Shown piece after piece: positions 10,427 through 19,840 of a stretch of DNA of 61,409 nucleotides. Each line of letters begins with the position of its first letter. Position 1 is the stretch's first letter. A program made the position numbers and the translations under genes. This DNA is from Candidatus Woesebacteria bacterium (lineage in GTDB: Bacteria > Patescibacteriota > Microgenomatia > UBA8517). The DNA lies in the NCBI GenBank assembly GCA_016926185.1, contig JAFGPD010000036.1, forward strand, positions 1 to 61,409. The letters are read 5' to 3'. The notes beneath the pieces are model-generated. The model saw nothing but the letters and a program-made list of their open reading frames with translations. It searched no databases and had not been told where the DNA came from.

Positions 10427-11044
10427 TCAATTACACTTCTCGAAAGCTGGTAAATGCTTTTCTTGTGATGCACCCATTAAATTTGTAAAAACACCAGTTA
10501 TGTCCTCATAATCGCTTACGACCGGCAAAAGCTCATCTTTATACAATGCTGCGTTTGCGATCTCTGCATCAACTCCCGTTTGACATGCTTCCTGCAACGA
10601 TTCAGGAACAATTACCTTGCTTGACCAGTTATTTTCTGGAGCAACAAGACCATATTTATCATAAATTGCCTTTAGCGAGGCAATGTGTTGCTCTTCTGCT
10701 CCTTTGATCATAGAAAAGGGTCTAACAGCTCCAAATTCAGCAATTACAGCTTCATAAGTTGATAGTGCCTTATATTCATCATCAATTGCTTCATTCAAAG
10801 CTTTTTGAACATCCGTTGGTAATTCTCCTACCGGATAATCGAGATCTTCAACCAAAAGACAATCGTCTGCAAGACAATTTCTCCTACTTATCTGGTTTCC
10901 CGCTCCCTGGCCGACAGCGTTTTCATTGTCAGTATTTTTTGCAACGTCTTGATTTCTAAATTTACTCGATTGTGTAATAAAATATCCACCCACAATCACG
11001 ACAATTAATACAACCCCAACAGACCATAACATTTTATTTTTCAT
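10427..11044 (-). CDS. Ferritin-like DUF2202-type protein with N-terminal anchor
   Basis: GGAGGTGAT Shine-Dalgarno upstream. Two ferritin-like half motifs are present (EAIDDEYKALSTYEAVIAEFG...GAEEQHIASL and GVDAEIANAALYKDEL...GASQEKHLPAFEKC). Confidence 0.6.
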   Translation of the reverse strand: MKNKMLWSVGVVLIVVIVGGYFITQSSKFRNQDVAKNTDNENAVGQGAGNQISRRNCLADDCLLVEDLDYPVGELPTDVQKALNEAIDDEYKALSTYEAVIAEFGAVRPFSMIKGAEEQHIASLKAIYDKYGLVAPENNWSSKVIVPESLQEACQTGVDAEIANAALYKDELLPVVSDYEDITGVFTNLMGASQEKHLPAFEKCN

Positions 11045-11197
11045 TTTCGATCACCTCCTTTCTATGTTTAATACAAAAAGCGAGATAACTTTCTTTCAAC
11101 TTAAGATTAACCATAGCAAGCTAGAATAAACTCATAGACACTACGAGTGATAACAAAAATCTTTTTTTATGATCTGATCAAATTAACTTATTAACTA

Positions 11198-11833
11198 TTA
11201 ATTGAAAAGTCTTACTAACCACCCAAACAAACTTCCCACACTCTCTTCAGCTTGCAACCTCTGTTCCAATGCGGTGTTTTGTTCTATGAGCGATTGGATA
11301 GCCTCCTGTAACTGCTCTTGAGCGGTTTGGTTGACTAGCTGAGTCTGTAACTGCTGAAGTTGCTGTATTCTCACTTCGTTCTGTTGCATTTGTTGTTTCA
11401 AGTTACTAATAGCTTTGTAATTAGGTCCTATCAATGCTTTAACATACTTTGACCTGGATTCAAGTTTATCGAGTTGACCCTGGATCTGAGTTTGCGCTTG
11501 GATCTGTTGTTGTGCTACCGAACCAGCTTTTCTTCCAACCTCTTCACTAACACCACTCATATCCATCAGCTGCTGCATTTGCTGTGTAGCAACTTGCAGT
11601 TGAGAACTTTCTCCTTGATTTTGTGTGGCAACCTGATTTTGATTTTGAACTTGGTTTCCTTGTGGCAAATTCACATCGTTTTTAACTGAATATTGAGATT
11701 TGTCTTGCTGGGCTTGTTGAACTCCATAAGAATCCTGAGCCTGCCTTACTTGTTGATTGCCCTGAGCAAAAACACTCGTCGGCGATGTAATTAAAGCAGC
11801 AAATAAAGCTATGCTATATAATGTTCTCTTCAT
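11198..11833 (-). CDS. Secreted glutamine-rich coiled-coil protein
   Basis: Signal peptide MKRTLYSIALFAALITSPTSVFAQ, followed by an extremely Gln-rich sequence with heptad character. I recognised no family. Confidence 0.65.
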   Translation of the reverse strand: MKRTLYSIALFAALITSPTSVFAQGNQQVRQAQDSYGVQQAQQDKSQYSVKNDVNLPQGNQVQNQNQVATQNQGESSQLQVATQQMQQLMDMSGVSEEVGRKAGSVAQQQIQAQTQIQGQLDKLESRSKYVKALIGPNYKAISNLKQQMQQNEVRIQQLQQLQTQLVNQTAQEQLQEAIQSLIEQNTALEQRLQAEESVGSLFGWLVRLFN

Positions 11834-11965
11834 CGTCTATCACCCCCTATCACAAAATAATATTAGCAAAGACTTTGCCCTATTGTACATCACACTTTTA
11901 TACACCAACACAAAATATAGTGAGTCTTCTTAAAAAGTTAAGCATTAAATATTGAGGGAGACGAT

Positions 11966-12370
11966 CTAGTCTTTCAAGTGATAAGAGTCTTCTATCCATT
12001 CCAGTAACTCCTTATCTATTTCTTCCTTGCTCTTTATATCAAAGCAATTTTTAAAGACTTTTTTGGACATAGGAACACTCGTTTTTAATCTAGAACTTTT
12101 TATCTCTCTATCCAGCGCAAAGCGTATCTCTAACCTGTCTTTTTTCGGCAAAGCCGCCAGAAAATCATAGTTCCCGTACAAATGAATACAACAGGGTATA
12201 GTAATTATTTTAACTTTACCGACTTTTTTATCGATTTGATCTAAAAGATGATCAAAAAGCCGCCGTGCTTCTTCTTTTTTTTTGAAGTGTTTTTCTAAAG
12301 TTACCTTTTTACAGCTGTGGGGCTGGCCTTTCTTTTTAAATATCCTTCCACACCTAGCACACATCCACAT
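11966..12370 (-). CDS. DUF5655-like protein with an N-terminal CxxC...HxC knuckle
   Basis: 134-aa ORF with MCARCGRIFKKKGQPHSCKK at the N-terminus. The C-terminal pattern (EIDKELLEWIEDSY) resembles DUF5655-type proteins. Confidence 0.5.
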   Translation of the reverse strand: MWMCARCGRIFKKKGQPHSCKKVTLEKHFKKKEEARRLFDHLLDQIDKKVGKVKIITIPCCIHLYGNYDFLAALPKKDRLEIRFALDREIKSSRLKTSVPMSKKVFKNCFDIKSKEEIDKELLEWIEDSYHLKD

Positions 12371-12401
12371 ATCTATATTTTACTGAAAAATTGCAAGAGA
12401 T

Positions 12402-12680
12402 TCAGGCCTGCTCTATTTGTATCGCTTTACCTTTAATTATTGCATCAGCAATTTTTTTGTAGGCACTGTCCAGTATTCTCCCAAATGTAGGTTGGGATAC
12501 TTTCATTTTCTTTGCAGATTGAGTGTGATCTAATCCGTCAACATCATGTAACTTAAGTGCTTCCACCTCATCACGTTCCAAAATTACTTCATCCAAATGC
12601 CTCATAGGAATTCCACGAGGTTTGAAATAACAACTACATGGTCTGAATCGACAATGTCTTCTGATCCTTGGTCTAGTCAT
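12402..12680 (-). CDS. DUF134 (UPF0251) predicted DNA-binding protein
   Basis: RPRIRRHCRFRP...YFKPRGIP...EVILERDEVEALKLHDVDGLDHTQSAKKMKVSQPTFGRILDSAYKKIADAII follows the DUF134 pattern, including a sigma region-4-like helix-turn-helix. Confidence 0.8.
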   Translation of the reverse strand: MTRPRIRRHCRFRPCSCYFKPRGIPMRHLDEVILERDEVEALKLHDVDGLDHTQSAKKMKVSQPTFGRILDSAYKKIADAIIKGKAIQIEQA

Positions 12681-12765
12681 ATATAAAAAGTATTTTTAAA
12701 CTATTAAACATAAAGTCCCCCAACCCTGTACTATCTTACAACAGATACAAGGTTGGGGATAATTA

Positions 12766-13068
12766 CTACTTTTCTTTTTCTAACTCTTCCTCCTCTTTCT
12801 TGATATCTTCCAACTCTTCCATCAAAGCTTTTTTATAATCAGAAAGGACTATTTTCTGATCTTTTATGGACAATGATTGTGGAGAACACCCACACATTGG
12901 ACACACACAACATCCCAGTCCTCTTCCCCAACCCATCCTTCTTCCGAAACCTCCTCCAAACCCTAATCCTCTTCTCCAACCATATGGTGCGAAACCACCA
13001 CAAGGTCCCATTCCTCTGCCAGTTTTTGGACCAGTTCCTACCGGTCCTGTTCCATCGTAATTTGGCAT
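12766..13068 (-). CDS. DUF5320 protein (Gly/Pro-rich N-terminus, C-terminal coiled coil)
   Basis: MPNYDGTGPVGTGPKTGRGMGPCGG matches the DUF5320 N-terminal signature. I moved the start to the ATG at 13068 because GGAGGTG (13079-13085) directly abuts the GTG the track uses (13080). DUF5320 is commonly paired with DUF134. Confidence 0.75.
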   Translation of the reverse strand: MPNYDGTGPVGTGPKTGRGMGPCGGFAPYGWRRGLGFGGGFGRRMGWGRGLGCCVCPMCGCSPQSLSIKDQKIVLSDYKKALMEELEDIKKEEEELEKEK

Positions 13069-13091
13069 ATTTTTATTCACCTCCTTTCATC

Positions 13092-13121
13092 ATATATTAT
13101 GAATATATATTCATAATATAT
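13092..13121. promoter_or_regulatory. Perfect 30-bp palindrome (candidate operator) just upstream of the DUF5320-DUF134 genes
   Basis: ATATATTATGAATAT|ATATTCATAATATAT. I checked all 15 position pairs as complementary. It lies 6 nt beyond the Shine-Dalgarno of the DUF5320 gene. Confidence 0.55.
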
Positions 13122-13291
13122 TCCTTCATAACGTTTTTGTCAATACCGACACACATAATTAGAAATCTAAATGTAAATATTGATTGAAACATAACTAAAC
13201 TAAAAAATAGTAAAAGTTCCTTTCAAAATGAAGAAAAAAGGAAATTAAATATTGAAGTAACTAATAAAAGTCTATCTGAAGGCAAATTAAA

Positions 13292-13657
13292 CTAGATATA
13301 TTTTTTCACTATCCCAACCACTTCGCTCGGTTTTTGAGCTGCTTTCACCAAATATTCTTTAGCACCCAGCTCTAGCGCTCTATTCCTTTCTTCATCTTTG
13401 GCAACATTTGTAAGAATAATAACGGGAATGTCTTTAGTATTTTCGTTACTTTTCATTTTTTGTAAAAGATCAATTCCGCTATTATGCTCAACAAGCATAA
13501 CATCCAAAAGCGCAAGCGATATCTCTTCTTGAGATAAAAGATCAAGAGCTGACTGAATTTCCCTAGCCTTCACAATCTCAAACCCTTCGGAAGACAAAAG
13601 AGTCTCGTATAACTTAGACAGAGTAGGATCATCCTCAACCAGTAAGATCTTTCCCAT
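13292..13657 (-). CDS. Stand-alone response-regulator receiver (CheY-like) protein
   Basis: KILLVEDD...LALLDVML...IPVIILTN...GAKEYLVKA. The acidic pocket, phospho-acceptor Asp, conserved Thr and conserved Lys are all present. There is no output domain. Confidence 0.85.
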   Translation of the reverse strand: MGKILLVEDDPTLSKLYETLLSSEGFEIVKAREIQSALDLLSQEEISLALLDVMLVEHNSGIDLLQKMKSNENTKDIPVIILTNVAKDEERNRALELGAKEYLVKAAQKPSEVVGIVKKYI

Positions 13658-13762
13658 ACAACGGTAAAATCAGTATATATCGATGAAACTAGTGTGTTCA
13701 AGTAATAATTTGACCAAACTGCATACCAACAAAAAAAATCGTTTCCGCAAAATTAAAGACTA

Positions 13763-14458
13763 CTACTTACTCAACTTTTTATGACACAGCCACCAATCAA
13801 AACACTCGATCTCACCCTTTTTAGATCTTATTTGTCTATCTTTAACAGCACTTACACTGTTTGCGGGAGGAACTATTACGTGATCTTTGACGATCTCATT
13901 TTCAGGCCAATTGGCCGGCATTGCTACTTTATTTTTATCGGCAATCTGCATTGCCTTAACCACCCTAACTATCTCACTTATATTTCTTCCCAGCTCCTGC
14001 GGGTAATACAAAATTATTCTTATCTTTGCTTTATCGTCAACGACAAAAACTGCTCTCACAGTATTGGTTCCTTTTCCCGGATGAATAAGACCTAATTTTT
14101 CCGCAACAGTTCCTGTATCAGCAATGATTGGAAATTTTATTTCTACTTTTAGATTTTCTTTTATCCACTCTTCCCATTTAAGATGAGCATAAACCTGATC
14201 GACACTTAATCCTATCAATTCACAATTTAGTTTTTTGAATTCCTTCTGTGCATTTTGGAAAGCTACAAATTCAGTTGTACAAACAGGCGTAAAATCACCC
14301 GGATGGCTGAACAGTACAAACCATTTCCCGGTAAAGTGTTTGGGAAGCTCTAACGCTCCTCTGGTCGTGACAACTTTCATTTCTGGAAAATCATCTCCCA
14401 AAAGAGGCATACCCTTTTCTTCTGATTCCGTTAGTTTATTATCTGACATACTTATCAC
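13763..14458 (-). CDS. Peroxiredoxin (Prx6/1-Cys-like)
   Basis: [19 protein letters not shown] contains the PxxxTxxC peroxidatic-Cys motif. GGAGGTGAT Shine-Dalgarno upstream. The start could instead be an internal Met. Confidence 0.85.
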   Translation of the reverse strand: MISMSDNKLTESEEKGMPLLGDDFPEMKVVTTRGALELPKHFTGKWFVLFSHPGDFTPVCTTEFVAFQNAQKEFKKLNCELIGLSVDQVYAHLKWEEWIKENLKVEIKFPIIADTGTVAEKLGLIHPGKGTNTVRAVFVVDDKAKIRIILYYPQELGRNISEIVRVVKAMQIADKNKVAMPANWPENEIVKDHVIVPPANSVSAVKDRQIRSKKGEIECFDWWLCHKKLSK

Positions 14459-14544
14459 CTCCTCTCTGCTTTCACAGAAAGTACCACGTTATCTGAGTTT
14501 TTACAACATCACAAAATTTCGCAATTTAAAAATGATATTGAAGT

Positions 14545-15096
14545 CTAAAGGAAAATGTGCTCGATAAGTATCTTGATTCCTAGTCCAATCAAAACTATCC
14601 CTCCGAAAACTCCGGCTTTTTGACCAAAAAGTCCTTTTATCTTTCTGCCAATCATAATTCCCAGTATAGATAAAAGGTAAGTAACAATTCCGATAGTAAT
14701 ACTTGCTTTAAAAATGTTTGTATCTAAAAACGCAAAACTTATCCCCACAACAAAAGCATCGATACTCGTCGCAACTGATAATGCCAAAATATTTGAACCA
14801 TTGAGCAACTTTTCTCTTTTAGATGGCGAGAAATTGACAGACCCGTAGATCATTTTTATTCCGACAAAATTTAACAATAAAAAGGCAATCCAATGGTCTA
14901 CAGAACTGATAAGTGTTTCAAAAATAGAGCCTAATCTCCAACCCAAAAGCGGTGTTAGTATATGAAATAATCCCAAAGAAAGAGGAATTGTAAATCTTTT
15001 GATATCTTTTTTAGCTTTGATCAACGATCCGCAAACAACTGAAGAGGAAAAAGAATCCATAGCCAAACTTAATGCAACCAATACTGTCTCAAACAT
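14545..15096 (-). CDS. mntP: Manganese efflux pump MntP family (DUF204)
   Basis: 183 aa with 6 hydrophobic helices. LSLAMDSFSSSV and LSVATSIDAFVVG are the duplicated DUF204 motifs. Confidence 0.75.
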   Translation of the reverse strand: MFETVLVALSLAMDSFSSSVVCGSLIKAKKDIKRFTIPLSLGLFHILTPLLGWRLGSIFETLISSVDHWIAFLLLNFVGIKMIYGSVNFSPSKREKLLNGSNILALSVATSIDAFVVGISFAFLDTNIFKASITIGIVTYLLSILGIMIGRKIKGLFGQKAGVFGGIVLIGLGIKILIEHIFL

Positions 15097-15255
15097 ATGT
15101 AAATAAGTATAACAAGGTTGAAAAGCTTCTTATATTCAATAATGTCTAGCCGATTATTAATTAATATTTAGCGGTAAAACATTCTAAGTTTAAGTTATAG
15201 AATTCAACCTTAATTCTTTACAAGCCTTGCGCGTTAGTTTAATCTGATAAGTAAG

Positions 15256-18114
15256 ATGGAAAAAGACCTGTCCGGCTTTTTAATGCCAAAATCCGTTGCT
15301 GTAGTTGGAGCTTCACGATCCCCCGAAAAGGTCGGGTCAATTGTTCTTAGAAATATTAAAACTTCCAACTTTCCGGGAAAAGTTTATGCGGTTAATCCCA
15401 ACGCACAGGATATTGAGGGAATTCAGTGTTTTCCGGATGTTACAAGCTTACCCGAAACGCCTGATCTGGCGATCATTGCAATACCTGCAATAAAGGTTAA
15501 TGACGTGTTAAAACAAGTCGGAGAAAAGGGAATTAAAAATGCAGTTGTACTTTCTGCCGGTTTCAAAGAGATTGGTGAGATTGGAGAAAAGCTTGAAAAA
15601 GAACTACAAGAAACTTCTGAAAAATACCAGCTTAACATGCTTGGCCCAAATTGCTTGGGTTTTGTTAATAATACTTGTCCCATAAATGCAACTTTTGGAC
15701 AATCCGAAAACATTAACGGAAACTTAAGATTCATCTCTCAATCGGGAGCTATAGCATCCAGTCTTTTTGATTGGTGCCAGTCAATGGAAATAGGATTTTC
15801 GGAATTTATCACTTTGGGCAATAAAGCTGTTGTTAACGAAAATGATGTTCTGGAATACTTTAGTAAAAACAACGAAGATTATCCCAACGCCCAAGTCGAG
15901 GGTCTCTCTTCGGTAAGACCAATAGGAATGTATCTGGAACAAATTTCCAACGGTTCCGAATTTTTGAAATTAACCCGAGAGATCGGCAAGAAAAACCCGA
16001 TATTTATTATTAAACCGGGAAAAACTAAAGCAGCCGCCCGCGCCATGCAGTCTCATACTGGTGCAATTGCAGGTGAAGATGATGTTCTTGAGTCCGCTTT
16101 ATTACAAGCGGGTATTGCAAGATGTGAAACATTGGAGGACTTTTTTGATCTTGCCAGAGCCTTTTCATGGGAAAATGTTCCAAAAGGCAAAAGGATCGCT
16201 ATTATCTCAAACGCAGGAGGTCCTGCTGTTATCTCTGCTGATGCGGTCGTTAAAGCAGGTCTTAAGCTTGCTGATTTTTCCAAAGAAACTAAGGACGAAC
16301 TCACGAAGGTTCTTCCCCGAAGTGCGAGCACCCTTAATCCAATAGACGTTCTTGGTGATGCCTTAGCAGACAGATATGCTGCTGCATGCGAAACGATCTT
16401 GCAAACCGACCAAGCAGACAGCCTTTTGATCATCCTCACCCCGCAAATGATGACTCAGGTAGAAAAAACCGCTGAGATCATCGGACAGCTTTCAGCAAAG
16501 TATAAAAAGCCTATATTTTGCTCATTCATTGGAGGAAATCTGGTAAATGAGGGTGAAAAAATACTTAACAAGGCAAAAATTCCCTCGTTTAGATTTCCTG
16601 AAAGAGCTATTTCTACAATCGGGCATATGTGGAGTTGGAGTAAAAGACAAAGTGAATTAGCAGCTGAAACAACAGTAAACAAAGAACCTGAAACGAACAA
16701 GACAGATGTCATTAAAATAATAATTGAGAACGCTGTAAGTACAAAGCACCCTGCACTGGACAGTCTGGAAGCGGATGCGGTTGCGGCAAGTTTAGGAATT
16801 CCCACCCCGCCAACCAAGCTTGCAGAAAATGTTGAAGATGCTAAAAATTTTGCAAACAATGTTTCCTGGCCGGTCGTTCTCAAGCTGACTTCATCCACAA
16901 TGCTGCACAAAGCCAAATTCGGCGGTGTAGTAACCGGCATATGGAACGAAAACCAACTTGACATTGCCTGGGACAGACTTAACCATAAAATTACAGAGCT
17001 TCCTGAAAATGAAAGGAGGGGTATAAAATTTCAGATCCAAAAAGAAGTATCCAGCGGTATCGAGGTCATAGTAGGAATAAAACATGACCCGACTTTTGGA
17101 CCAGTTTTACTTTTCGGTGCTGGCGGTGAGTTGGCAGAGCTTGTCGAGGACAAAAATATCAAGATCCTGCCAATAGACAGAGAACAGATAATAAAACTTG
17201 TACAAAGTTCAAAAGTTTCTAAACTTTTCAAAAACGATCCCGGAGAACCGCCATATGCCCTCGATAAACTTTACGATCTTATAACAAAGTTCACACAGAT
17301 CATTACATTGATACCTGAAGCAAAAGAGGCAGAAATAAATCCTGTGATCGTTACACATAACGACGTTTGGGCTGTTGACACCAAGATACTTTTATCCGGA
17401 GAAGAGGTTAAAAAGACCACTACCCCCCAGTTCCACAGCGCAACTCTTAAAAACGCAACAGTATTGGCTTCAAAATATAGATTTCTGGAATTTGAGACCG
17501 AAGAGCCCTTGGACTATGAACCCGGACAATATATAAGTGTAAAAGTAGCACCAACCCGAATTAACAGCTATTCAATCGCAGGAGGAAGTGGTAAACCCGA
17601 GTTCCAGCTTTTGGTGGACACTTCCCCAGGAGGTCCCGGATCGATATTCTTTGAAAACATCAAACCTGGAGACAAGATGGCCTACCTAGGACCTTTTGGT
17701 AAATTCACTCTGCAAAAAGATGACGGTGCCGAAAGACTTCTTTTTCTGGGAACAGGTTCGGGCTGCAGCCCTTTAAGAAGTATCCTTGAATCGGCTCTAA
17801 AAAGCCCCGATATCAATATCCCAATCCATTTCTATTTTGGTCTTCGCCATAGTGAGGATGTTTTTTGGAAAGAATATTTTGAGAAATTATCCCAAGAGCA
17901 CCCCAATTTTAAGTTCCACTTAGTCCTTTCAAAACCAAACGAGGATTGGCAAGGTCCTATCGGCCATATCACCGATACTTTAAAGGAGGAAATTAAAGAT
18001 GCAAGTAACTCCAGTGCCTATCTTTGCGGAAACTCTAAGATGATAGAAGAGGCATCTGCTATACTTAAAAACAATAACTGTCCTGAGGACAGGATATATA
18101 CAGAAAAATTCTAA
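15256..18114 (+). CDS. ADP-forming acetyl-CoA synthetase (fused alpha+beta) with a C-terminal ferredoxin-NAD(P)+ reductase-like domain
   Basis: CoA-binding N-terminus (VAVVGASRSPEKVGS). Phosphohistidine loop MQSHTGAIAGED. ATP-grasp segment (VVLKLTSSTMLHKAKFGGVV). From about nt 17419 the FNR motifs appear: RINSYSIAG, GGPGSIFF, LFLGTGSGCSPLRS, YLCGNSKMIEE. Confidence 0.8.
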   Translation: MEKDLSGFLMPKSVAVVGASRSPEKVGSIVLRNIKTSNFPGKVYAVNPNAQDIEGIQCFPDVTSLPETPDLAIIAIPAIKVNDVLKQVGEKGIKNAVVLSAGFKEIGEIGEKLEKELQETSEKYQLNMLGPNCLGFVNNTCPINATFGQSENINGNLRFISQSGAIASSLFDWCQSMEIGFSEFITLGNKAVVNENDVLEYFSKNNEDYPNAQVEGLSSVRPIGMYLEQISNGSEFLKLTREIGKKNPIFIIKPGKTKAAARAMQSHTGAIAGEDDVLESALLQAGIARCETLEDFFDLARAFSWENVPKGKRIAIISNAGGPAVISADAVVKAGLKLADFSKETKDELTKVLPRSASTLNPIDVLGDALADRYAAACETILQTDQADSLLIILTPQMMTQVEKTAEIIGQLSAKYKKPIFCSFIGGNLVNEGEKILNKAKIPSFRFPERAISTIGHMWSWSKRQSELAAETTVNKEPETNKTDVIKIIIENAVSTKHPALDSLEADAVAASLGIPTPPTKLAENVEDAKNFANNVSWPVVLKLTSSTMLHKAKFGGVVTGIWNENQLDIAWDRLNHKITELPENERRGIKFQIQKEVSSGIEVIVGIKHDPTFGPVLLFGAGGELAELVEDKNIKILPIDREQIIKLVQSSKVSKLFKNDPGEPPYALDKLYDLITKFTQIITLIPEAKEAEINPVIVTHNDVWAVDTKILLSGEEVKKTTTPQFHSATLKNATVLASKYRFLEFETEEPLDYEPGQYISVKVAPTRINSYSIAGGSGKPEFQLLVDTSPGGPGSIFFENIKPGDKMAYLGPFGKFTLQKDDGAERLLFLGTGSGCSPLRSILESALKSPDINIPIHFYFGLRHSEDVFWKEYFEKLSQEHPNFKFHLVLSKPNEDWQGPIGHITDTLKEEIKDASNSSAYLCGNSKMIEEASAILKNNNCPEDRIYTEKF

Positions 18115-18115
18115 A

Positions 18116-19837
18116 ATGTCAGGTCCAAAAACAATTAGCATTAAAGTGGGCGGCCAAGCCGGTCAGGGAATAAAAGCAGCAGGTCAGCTTCTTGCAAAAA
18201 CTGCAACTCGCTCAGGGTATAACATTTTCACCTACACGGAATTTCCCTCAATAATCCGCGGTGGCCATAACGTAACACAAGTTATGATCTCAAGGGACGA
18301 AGTTACAGCAGCAACTAGAATGTGTGATGTTTTGATCGCACTCGATCAAGATACTATCGACAAACATAAAGATGAGATAAAAAATGACGGAATTGTTATT
18401 TATGAGGGAGAGAAAAAGATCGATACATCTGATCTCAAAAAATCCGTTAAACTATGTCCAATCCCCCTTTCGAAGTTTGCACAAGAAGCCGGAAGTAACG
18501 AGCTTTTGAAAAACACTGCAGCGATCGGTGCCGTCATGGCACTTTTGAATGGAGACCTTAAAATACTTTTCAATCTTTTGAAAGATGAGTTTGGGAGTAA
18601 GGGTGAAGAAATTGTCAAGGCAAACCAAAAAGCTGCTGAGCTGGGTTATGATCATGCAAAAAAAGAGTATGCAAAGTATATTGAAAGGTTGCTTGAGAAA
18701 AAAGACAACATCGAGAAAAAAATGGTATTAAGCGGAAACACCGCAGCTGGACTGGGAGCAATTGCAGGAGGAGTTCAATTTAGTGCAATTTATCCAATGT
18801 CCCCCATATCGGGAGTCCTTCATACGTTGGCAAAATATCAGGAAAAGTACGGATACGTTTATAAACAACCCGAAGATGAGATATCGGCGATCAATATGTC
18901 AATAGGCGCAGCTCACGCCGGAGCAAGAGCGCTGACTTCCACATCGGGTGGCGGATTTGCTTTAATGGCCGAAGGGTACGGCCTTGCAGGAATTACAGAG
19001 ACACCAGTTGTAATTATTGAGGGAATGCGGCCGGGTCCCGGAACCGGACTTCCTACTTGGAGCGGACAGGGGGATCTGCAATTTATCCTTCACGCACCAC
19101 AAGGAGATTTCCCAAGAATAGTTCTGGCAGCAGGTGATATCAAAGAGACTTTTTATCTGACAATGAAAGCTCTCAATCTGGCAGAAAAATATCAGACTAC
19201 CGTTGTTGTAATTATTGATAAAAACCTATGCGACGGTGACCAAAGCTATCCGGTTTTTGACATTTCCGACTTCGAAGTTGATAGGGGCAAACTTACAAGG
19301 GAAAAAGTTGAGGGAATCAAAAGATACCAGCTTTCTGATGATGGAATCTCACCAAGAACCACTCCAGGAACCGGAAATTTCTTTATAGCAAACTCTGACG
19401 AGCACGACGAGGAAGGCTTAAGCTCTGAAGAATCCGATAACGCAAATGCTCAACAAGCAAAAAGAATGCAAAAACTAATTACTTGTGCCAATGAGGACAT
19501 GGAAGAGCCAACTCTGTATGGACCGGAAGAGGCAGATGTAACGATCGTTTCCTGGGGCAGCAACAAAGGAAGTATATTAGCTACTCTTAAAGATTTCCTT
19601 AACGTAAACTTTTTACACATTACCTGGATGAACCCCTTCCCCACTGAGAGGGTTAAAAGTGTTTTGTCCAAAGCAAAGTATGTAATTGATATGGAAGCCA
19701 ACTTAACAGGACAATTAGCAAATTTGATCGCGGAAAAGACGGGGATAATTATTGCTGATAGATTTCTGAAGGTTGACGGAAGACCATATTATCCTGAAGA
19801 AATAAAAGATAAACTAGAAAGTGTATTAAATCGTTAA
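18116..19837 (+). CDS. 2-oxoacid:ferredoxin oxidoreductase, fused gamma-alpha subunit
   Basis: Gamma-type N-terminus (GGQAGQGIKAAGQLLAKTATRSGYNIFTYTEFPSIIRGGH), then the alpha domain (NTAAGLGAIAGGVQFSAIYPMSPIS). The start lies 1 nt after the upstream stop. Confidence 0.85.
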   Translation: MSGPKTISIKVGGQAGQGIKAAGQLLAKTATRSGYNIFTYTEFPSIIRGGHNVTQVMISRDEVTAATRMCDVLIALDQDTIDKHKDEIKNDGIVIYEGEKKIDTSDLKKSVKLCPIPLSKFAQEAGSNELLKNTAAIGAVMALLNGDLKILFNLLKDEFGSKGEEIVKANQKAAELGYDHAKKEYAKYIERLLEKKDNIEKKMVLSGNTAAGLGAIAGGVQFSAIYPMSPISGVLHTLAKYQEKYGYVYKQPEDEISAINMSIGAAHAGARALTSTSGGGFALMAEGYGLAGITETPVVIIEGMRPGPGTGLPTWSGQGDLQFILHAPQGDFPRIVLAAGDIKETFYLTMKALNLAEKYQTTVVVIIDKNLCDGDQSYPVFDISDFEVDRGKLTREKVEGIKRYQLSDDGISPRTTPGTGNFFIANSDEHDEEGLSSEESDNANAQQAKRMQKLITCANEDMEEPTLYGPEEADVTIVSWGSNKGSILATLKDFLNVNFLHITWMNPFPTERVKSVLSKAKYVIDMEANLTGQLANLIAEKTGIIIADRFLKVDGRPYYPEEIKDKLESVLNR

Positions 19838-19840
19838 ATT

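Noticed and set aside
15097-15255. Possible yybP-ykoY Mn2+ riboswitch upstream of mntP
   Set aside because: I read the leader in mntP sense and found none of the conserved GGGGAGUAG or GAGAC-type elements.
15423-17231. Antisense or alternate-frame ORFs inside the ACD-FNR gene (for example 15423-15734, 16053-16439, 16455-16964). Similar ORFs occur inside rpoD, dnaG and the hydrogenase genes.
   Set aside because: They are fully nested in genes with strong motif support and have low-complexity translations. They are typical shadow ORFs.
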